64,000 nt of DNA from positions 15,872,001 to 15,936,000 of the forward strand of contig NC_047072.1 in assembly GCF_902459465.1 (NCBI RefSeq). The letters are read 5' to 3'. Positions 51,401 to 60,400 of the stretch are shown one piece after another. The notes below the pieces were generated by a model, which worked only from the letters and a program-made list of their open reading frames with translations, was not told the origin of the DNA and ran no database searches. Made by a program: the position numbers and the translations under genes. Every line of letters starts with the position of its first letter. Positions within the stretch are counted from its first letter, which is position 1. The DNA comes from Asterias rubens (Eukaryota).

Positions 51401-54400
51401 ATCTACACTGGGTTGAGTAACTATAGCGCTACGTTCCGTTGGGATCCTGTTGCGGAAGTTAATGGTATCCTGATTGGTTATAAAGTACATTGGGGATCAT
51501 CTCTTAATTCACTTATAATGAGGATCGTCAATCATGACATTAACGAGATTAAAGTTTACAACCTGGAACCAAACTCTGTCTACTATTTCCAGGTAAGTCT
51601 CTCTCTCGTTGAATCCAGACCCAATTTAATGGTATCCTGATTGGTTATAAAGTACATTGGGGATCATCTCTTAATTCGCTTATGATGAGGATTGTCAATC
51701 ATGACATTAACGAGATTAAAGTTCACAACTTGGAACCAAACTCTGTCTACTATTTCCAGGTAAGTCTCTATTGTTGAATCCAGACCCAATTTAATGGTAT
51801 CCTGATTGGTTATAAAGTACATTGGGGATCATCTCTTAATTCTCTTATGATGAGGATCGTCAATCATGACATTAACGAGATTAAAGTTCACAACTTGGAA
51901 CCAAACTCTGTCTACTATTTCCAGGTAAGTCTCTGTCGTTGAATCCAGACCCAATTTAATGGTATCCTGATTGTTTATAAAGTACATTGGGGATCATTTC
52001 TTGATTCTCTTATGATGAGGATCGTCAATCATGACATTAATGAGATTAAAGTTCACAACTTGGAACCAAACTCAGTCTACTATTTCCAGGTAAGTCTCTC
52101 TGTCGTTGAATCCAGACCCAATTTAATAGTATCCTGATTGGTTATAAAGTACATTGGGGATCATCTCTTAATTCGCTTATGATGAGGATCGTCAATCATG
52201 ACATTAACGAGATTAAAGTTCACAACTTGGAACCAAACTCAGTCTACTATTTCCAGGTAAGTCTCTCTGTCGTTGAATCCAGACCCAATTTAATGGTATC
52301 CTGATTGGTTATAAAGTACATTGGGGATCATCTCTTAATTCTCTTATGATGAGGATCGTCAATCATGACATTAACGAGATTAAAGTTTAAAACCTGGAAC
52401 CAAACTCAGTCTACTATTTCCAGGTAAGTCTTTCTGTCGTTGAATCCAGACCCAATTTAATGGTATCCTGATTGGTTATAAAGTACATTGGGGATCATCT
52501 CTTAATTCTCTTATGATGAGGATCGTCAATCATGACATTAACAAGATTAAAGTTCACAACTTGGAACCAAACTCAGTCTACTATTTCCAGGTAAGTCTCT
52601 CTCTCGTTGAATCCAGACCCAATTTATTGGTATCCTGATTGTTTATAAAGTACATTTGGGATCATCTCTTGATTCTCTTATGATGAGGATCGTCAATCAT
52701 GACATTGACGGGATTAAAGTTCACAACTTGGAACCAAACTCAGTCAACTATTTTCAGGTAAGTCTCTCTCGTTGTATACAGACCCAATTTCATCAAGCTG
52801 GTTTGAACCAGTTTAAATGCAGCTTTCCAAAACTGATACCAGCATGGGTATTTATTCTTTGAACGCCAACATGAGATTTTCTGTCTGTGGTACATGAAGT
52901 TGTCAAAATGAAAGTCTGACTAAGTGAGTTAGTGGTAACAGTTATTTTAGTTTGTATATAGGTAGTCTAGGCTGAGTGGTCTAGTGCAATGGACTCAAGT
53001 TCTGTGAATTTCAGAATATGGGTTTTTATCCTAGCCTTGACAGTCACCCATTTATGTCCTTACGCAAGGCACTATATCACAATTGCTTCTCTCCATCCAG
53101 GAGTTCAAATGGGTACTAGCCAGAGCTGGTGAGTATAAACCTGCGATGGACTGGCATACTGTCTTTAGATACATTATATATTGCACCCAATGCTGATAAG
53201 TGTTGATTATATTTGATTTTATTTGCTTAGGTGGAAGGATTTACAGCTATTGGTAATGGACCAGCAACTACACTCCTCAATGTGTCAACCAATGGTAAGT
53301 AATACACAAGTAAACCTTGTCTTTGCAAAGTGGTTACTTTTGTTTAGTTAATTGCCATTATTCAGGCTCACAAAGACAGTTCAAACTATGCAGCAGTTGA
53401 GTAGAGCCCAGCCCCCCCCCCCCCCCCCCCCCCCTCTTCCCAAGGCTCCTCAAGCCTTCCTGAATGAGATCAACAAATTATACTCTAAGAATAGTGGTTC
53501 GTACTTTGTAAAATCCTGTGACAAAAAAAACGCCTTTAAACTTTAAGGTACTTATAATAAAAGAAAGGAAGCCATCGCATGATTAAACATTGCATTATTT
53601 CTAATTGATGCACTGCAAAGTGTTTCAACTAATAATGGTTTGATCTCCTTACAGCCTCTTCTCCACCTCCAATCCTGTTCTCTATTGGACCTAATGGTAT
53701 AACACAAACAGACATAGATACTGGGATGACTACAGAGTTACTTGGTGGTCAGAGTGTTTCAGCTTCTGCTGTAGCATTCATTGCTCAAGATGAACTCATC
53801 TTCTGGGCTGATACAACTAAGATGAAGGTTAAGAGTAGTAACTTTGATGGCAGTAATGAACAAGAGGTATGTAGGAATCTATGTTGCAATCCTCATAGTG
53901 TCTGACCATTACATAATCTACCACTGTGGTGTCACTATGCCAGCCTGCATTATGATGTCATGTATGATATCATGTAGTGAATGCATAGATACAGTACACA
54001 GTCAACCCTCCTACTGTCTGGCTATTAAATATAATGAAAAATGCACTATGCCAGCCTGCAGTATGATATCATGTGGTGAATGCATAGATATAGTACACAG
54101 TCAACCCTCCCACTGCTGGTAGGTAACAGCGGTTATTGGTAATAAGACTTTATTTTGTGAGATGTCAGTGAAGTCAAAGGTTTTTTGACAGTTATTATTA
54201 ATTTCTGTCCTCAGCTATTTGCGATTTCTGATCTGCCTCCCTCAAGTGGTTTAGCAGTTGATTGGTTATCACGCTGTATCTACATTACACAAGATGATGA
54301 AATCTATAGATATGACACAACGATTTCAACAGAATCAGCACTGACTACAATAACCGAGAATGAAACATCTAGTTATTTGGGAGTTGTAGTTGACCCTGCA

Positions 54401-57400
54401 AAAAGGTACATATTCCTCTTAATTGTCATTTTTTTCACACAATTATCATTTGCTCTTTATGTGACTTAGTGTGGCCCTATTATTGTACATATTGTCTCTT
54501 TTTGTCTGGTGGATTGGACCGATGTGAATTTATACTTAGTCAGCTTTCAATCTTAAACCTTATCAAATAAGCCCCATGCCACTGTTTTTATTCACAGCCG
54601 TCTTTATTGGACCGAGCAAAGCACCCAAGGTGGTAAAACTTTAATGACCTCTGACTTACAAGGTCAGAGTTCACGACCTATCTTAGGATCACAGGGTGGA
54701 AGGCGTCGGCGTGAGGCTTGTAGCTGTAGTGACGGTGTGATGCCAAGTGGAGCTGTAGCTATGGACCAATCAAATGTTGAGAGTGCTGAGCTGTTTTTTG
54801 CTGATAGTGTTCTGGGAGATGTATGGGCATCTGATTTAGAAGGATGCGTTTGTCGTCTCGTTGTCAGGGCGTCTGAGCATGCTCAGTCTGGTATGTCACT
54901 TTTATTTCAGATCTTTTATTTCAGATCTTTGCATAGATCCTTTTATAATGATAATAATAATAATAAGACTTGAAATGCGCACATATCCAGCCTTTGGGAG
55001 GATACATGGATGCATTTTTAACAATGTATTTTTTTGTGGATTTATTTTCCGTCAGTGGAAAATGGCTTTCACGATGAGCTGATTTTGCCCAGTGTAAATA
55101 ACGTAGAAACAAATAGGTAAATAATTTGTTCAAATTGTTGATAGCTGAGTCATCAGGGTGTGGGTTCAAATCCTGGTCATGACACTCATGTCCTTTAGCA
55201 AGACACTAAACTAAAATTGTTTCTCTTCCTTTTTCTTAAAAAATAAAGTTTTTTTTTCTGAATGGGTATGTGGTCGATAGAGATTGTTGATTTGAAATGA
55301 TTAGCTGATTTGGTTGCTGGTGCTGCATACTCCTAAGGTGTTGAGATGTCTGGAACTGTTTATGTCTGGCGAACAAGGATAGTAATATTATGTCACTTTG
55401 ATGCTTGGTTGAAAAGCAGCAGGAATAAAAACTCACTTTAACTAGATGAAAATAATTCCTCCTAAAGCATTACAATTCAATTTCATTCCGTTCTTCCAGG
55501 TCTACCTCCAGACTCTCTAACTGTAGACCAGACTAGGGTCTACTGGACAAACAACCAAGGCATTGTAGCTAGTGCTGATAAGGTCACAGGTCAAGATTTC
55601 AGGTCAGAGGTTGTACCTACTGCTGAAGTACCAGTTCTGGCTGCATTTGGGAATAATCTACAGCCTTATCCTGGTAAATGAATTTGAAATCTTTCTTTCT
55701 GGAAGCCTCAATTGCTCTTAATGAATGATCTCTAAAGGGTATTTGGATATTTTTTTATGGCTGAATCAACTTTTTATAATCATTAAAGAGATAGAGGGTG
55801 GTGACATTGAAGAAGAAACAATGTTAGACTGGTATTATCCTTTGATGAAGACAAAAGACATTTTTCGTTGGTGTTTTGCAGGACCATTACAACTCACAAG
55901 AGAGTATGTTGTCAAGTTGTTTTACCACTAAGCAACTTTTCTAATTCTTTTTTGTGTGCTACAAATGATATCATTTCTTTGACTTTTTTTTAAAAGATCC
56001 AGCATGTTTATCTCCGCAAAGCTACGACCAACAAGCCCAGTTAGTATCCAGCACAACCAGCACTTTGAACCTTACCCTACTCCCAATTGTAGTAATACCA
56101 CAATGCATTGGGATTAGTATGGCAACTGTTGTGTACACACTGAATTATGGGAAGATGCAGACAGGCATGGTGCCAGTGACTAAGGTAAGTTGTTAGATTT
56201 ATTTTTCAGATGTATTCATAACCTTAAGTGATTTTGAAGCGAATAGTTTTGATTGAATCATCAATTCATGTATTAATTTATCTAGTATCAATGAATACTT
56301 GAAAGATAATACATAGATAACACAAGACATGTCAAACTTTGATTGCAGATGGTATTAAACAATGCAGTACGAGTTTTGGGTCATACTAGAAAGTATGAAA
56401 GCATCATTTCAACTCTCATGTTCCTCCACTGATTTCCACGATAAGGATTGATTTAAGATCTGGACGTCTGGATATAAATCAAATCTTGCACTGTGGAGGA
56501 CGGAAAGTGGTTATCTGCTTTTCTGATTTCAAAATAGCAGAAAATCAGATTTACAACTTTGTGCTCAATTTTTAATTTTTTTATATATTTTTTTATGCAA
56601 GTCGCCAGACACACGAGGCCTGATGGCCACTTCAAGGTGTGGGCTACAATTATTTTTTTCCAACGGCCGTTGCCACCTACTCCTAGGGCTGATACAGGGT
56701 TACCCCTTTTACAGTCCATACAGATGCTAGGCTTGGGTATCATCAGTCCGAAGCCTGGCCGGTAGAGCAGAAAGTACTACCTCCCCAATTTTATGTAGCA
56801 AGTGTCACGACCGGGATCCGAACCCACACCCTGCCGATCAAACACTAGAGCTTGAATCCGGTGCTCTTAACCGCTCGGCCTTGACACACCTGCTGATAAT
56901 GTTTGTCTGGTACCTAAAATGTAACAATAACACCTGTGTAAACATTCTTTTTCTGAACAGACAACTTCAGAGTCATCAGTTCTTTTGGACAACTTGGACG
57001 CTTTTACAGAGTACAGTATCAATGTATCAACTCATAATTACTACACTGTTAGTGATCCAACACCAGGACCTGAAGCTATCTACATGACTGGCATTGGAGG
57101 TAAAATATCAACAAACTTGGTAGTGTTCGACTTTGTTAGTTTGGTTAATTTGGGGGTGTTTTAATGCTGAGTGGTCAAGCACATCAGATTCAAGCTCTGG
57201 TGTTTCTGAACAGCAGAGTGTGGGTTCGAGTTCTGGTCGAGGCACTTGTGTCCTTAAGCTAGATACATTATTGTTTCGTCCTTCGGAGGGATGCAAGCTA
57301 TGCGTGTGTTAATGTGTTTGCTGCGGTATTTCTGGCAGTGACAACCAAGTTCGCTGCAGCACCTCGTGAAACCTTAAAGGTGCTTCGTACTGTCTCATTA

Positions 57401-60400
57401 AATTAAAACATTTATAAAACATTTGTGTTTTGTTCAGGCACCTTGAGTACTTTATAGATACTTGCACTATATAAGACAGTATGTTATTAATATTAAACCT
57501 GATGTGTTGATAGGGTTTGAACCCTTCACCATGGCCATTCTTGAGCAGATGAGTGAATCATTAAAACCACCAAGAATGACCAGTTATAAATGCCACTTTA
57601 AAGCCTACCTCTTGGATAAAGAATGTCATTCTGATATCTATGTAAGGATTGGTAGAGCTGATAAAGAAGTCACAAACAGTGTTAATGTTTTATAGATCAA
57701 CCGAAATAACAAACCTGTGAACATTTTGGTTCAATCTGTTGTGCGAGTCAGGAAGAAACCATGCACAAATATTATTATGTAAACAAATTGTCCTTACTTT
57801 TGGTTGTAAATACCATAATCAGCTTTTGCATGTTTAAGGTTTTCAGATACAGTATTTTTCTTGGTTATTTTTCTCTGCAGTACCCAGCGAAGCTCGTGAT
57901 GTCACTGTCATTGTTCTGGATCCAAACAATGTGAAAGTTCAATGGCTCCGTCCATCCCAACCCAATGGACCAATCAAAACACTAACTTACAAAATAAGTT
58001 TCACTTACATGACCAATGGAACTGAATTTACTGGAGTAAGAGACAACTCAGCCGTCAGGAATATTTCAGATGATGAATTTGAGGCTAATATTAGGGATTT
58101 GATTGGGGCCCAGGAATACCATTTCCAGGTAGGTTTGAAAACACGTTTAAATATGCAGAGCTGCCAAATCTCCCTGATTAAATAAACCAATCTTTCCATG
58201 TTGTAAAGAACCAGTTTGTAAATCTTCCTAGTTATGGAAACTCTTCTCTATGAATGTATCTCTGATTATCTCCCTGATTCTACAAAAAGTTCCCTAAAAA
58301 TAAACCAAGCTTTCCATGTGGTAAAGAACCAGTTTGGAAATCTTCCTAGTTATGGAAACTCTTCTCTATGAATGCATCTCTGATTATCTCCTTGATTGTA
58401 ACATGTTGCTCTGATGTATGTTCCACCAAGATAATGGACGCAATAAACTGATGTTGATGCCTTTTGTTAAGATACCGATGCGACTAGCATGCACGGCTCA
58501 GTCTGCATTTTATCAAATTGAACCCAACAATTATAAACAAATTATTGATACAAAGCAAATACAATAACTGATGAATTCAAATTTCATTGACGCATGCGAT
58601 AATATATTTAACATTTTACTCACCAAACGTGTGTCCAAATTGTGTATGATAACCTTTATAACTGAGTTTGAAACCTATCCTCGTTTTCCACACAAATAGG
58701 ACTCCTATAAAACATATTGGAGCAAGCGGCAAAAATGAAAAATGAAGGATGATACATTATCTGTTTACCACCAATCGATTGACAGGGTTTTGTATGTGCA
58801 GTATAAAAAAACAAATGATGCATTTTCCGGTTCTCAAAACTCTGCTCAGTTCAATTTTTTAATTGACATCAAAACTGCTGCTTATTATTTGTCTGTATTT
58901 ATAACAATAAATATGCTAAGTGGCAGCTTATTATTTGTCCGTATTTATAACAATAAATATACTAAGTGGCAGCTTATTATTTGTCCGTATTTATAACAAT
59001 AAATATACTAAGTGGCAGCTTATTATTTGTCCGTACTTATAACAATAAATATACTAAGTTGCAGCTTATTATTTGTCGGTATTTATAACAATAAATATAC
59101 TAAGTGGCAGCTTATTATTTGTCTGTATTTATAGCAATGAATATGCTAAGTGGCAGCTTATTATTTGTCCGTATTTATAACAATAAATATGCTAAGTGGC
59201 AGCAGACTTACCAGGTAAACTTTCATTGTTTAAGTCGTTCTGAGCATGCTCACATTTCCAAGAACAATAGATTTACCTGGTAAGTCTGCTGCCAACTAGA
59301 AACCCATTTGTCTTGTACCCAACCTCCTTTACCCTTTATATATTTTATAGATTGAAACATTTCCTGAGATTGGAGAAGGATCCAGTCTAAGTGAAGTCAT
59401 AACATCAACAACCTTCCAGCCTCCACAGTCCGTTCAGCTTGTGTCTAGTTCCTTTGATGAGTTAGTTATCTCATGGATGTCACCTAGTGATGATAGTGTG
59501 ATGCAACACACCTTGGAGTATCTCTATGCTGGATACGTAGGCTTAGAGGTCAGCCATCTTTCAACCTCAACCTTGTTCTTCTCACACCATTCTATTTCAG
59601 AATGCATTGCTCGATCATAAACCCCTGGAAGTGTGACTTTGAATCTTGTGGTGAAGTGTATAATGGTGTAGGGTGTAAAAGCAACATTCATTTGAAGTGG
59701 ATTGCATCAAAATACGCATTTTTGAATCTCACATGCTAAACACTCAAACACTTTAAGAAAGCGTGCGCGCAGAGCAGACTATTTTTGGTAGCCAGATAGT
59801 ATTTTTGTTTCAGTGCTTTCCTTCCAGGGGTTAGTGATGAGAGGTATCCATATATGGCTCTCTGCCAATGGTAGCGAGGCTATATGTGTGAACAGCTACT
59901 TATAGTATTCTGAAGGGTTAATTCAAAACAATTGTCCCTGCCCTCATAGGCTCCTATTTATACACCTAGGTGAAGAGAAGTAATTATGGTTAAATGCCTT
60001 ACTCTCGGAAATAGGTGTCATGACCCACATAATTTAGATCAAGTGTAAATCCAACCTAAAATCTGTCGCTAATTTTAAATTTACGTTGTTGTTTTCAGCC
60101 GCAGCCCAGTAACAATAAAGATTCAAGATCATGGACCAGTATCAACTCTACTAACACAACAGGAAACATGATGTACAGCCAAGTTTTACCTGGGCTTATG
60201 CCGTACTCTCACTATCATGTACGAGCCAATGTTATTTACATCACTGGGCGGTTGTATGACTACTCCAATGATCTGATTAGGATCACAAGTTATGAAACTG
60301 CAGGTTTGTAGAGTTACTTCTAAATAGTGTTACTCCCAAATCTCATCATTCAAAGCAAATTTGTCCATAGACTGGTGTGATCCATTGCTATTAGGGCATT

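Noticed and set aside
53410-53440. Poly-proline ORF 53352-53546
   Set aside because: An intronic poly-C run.
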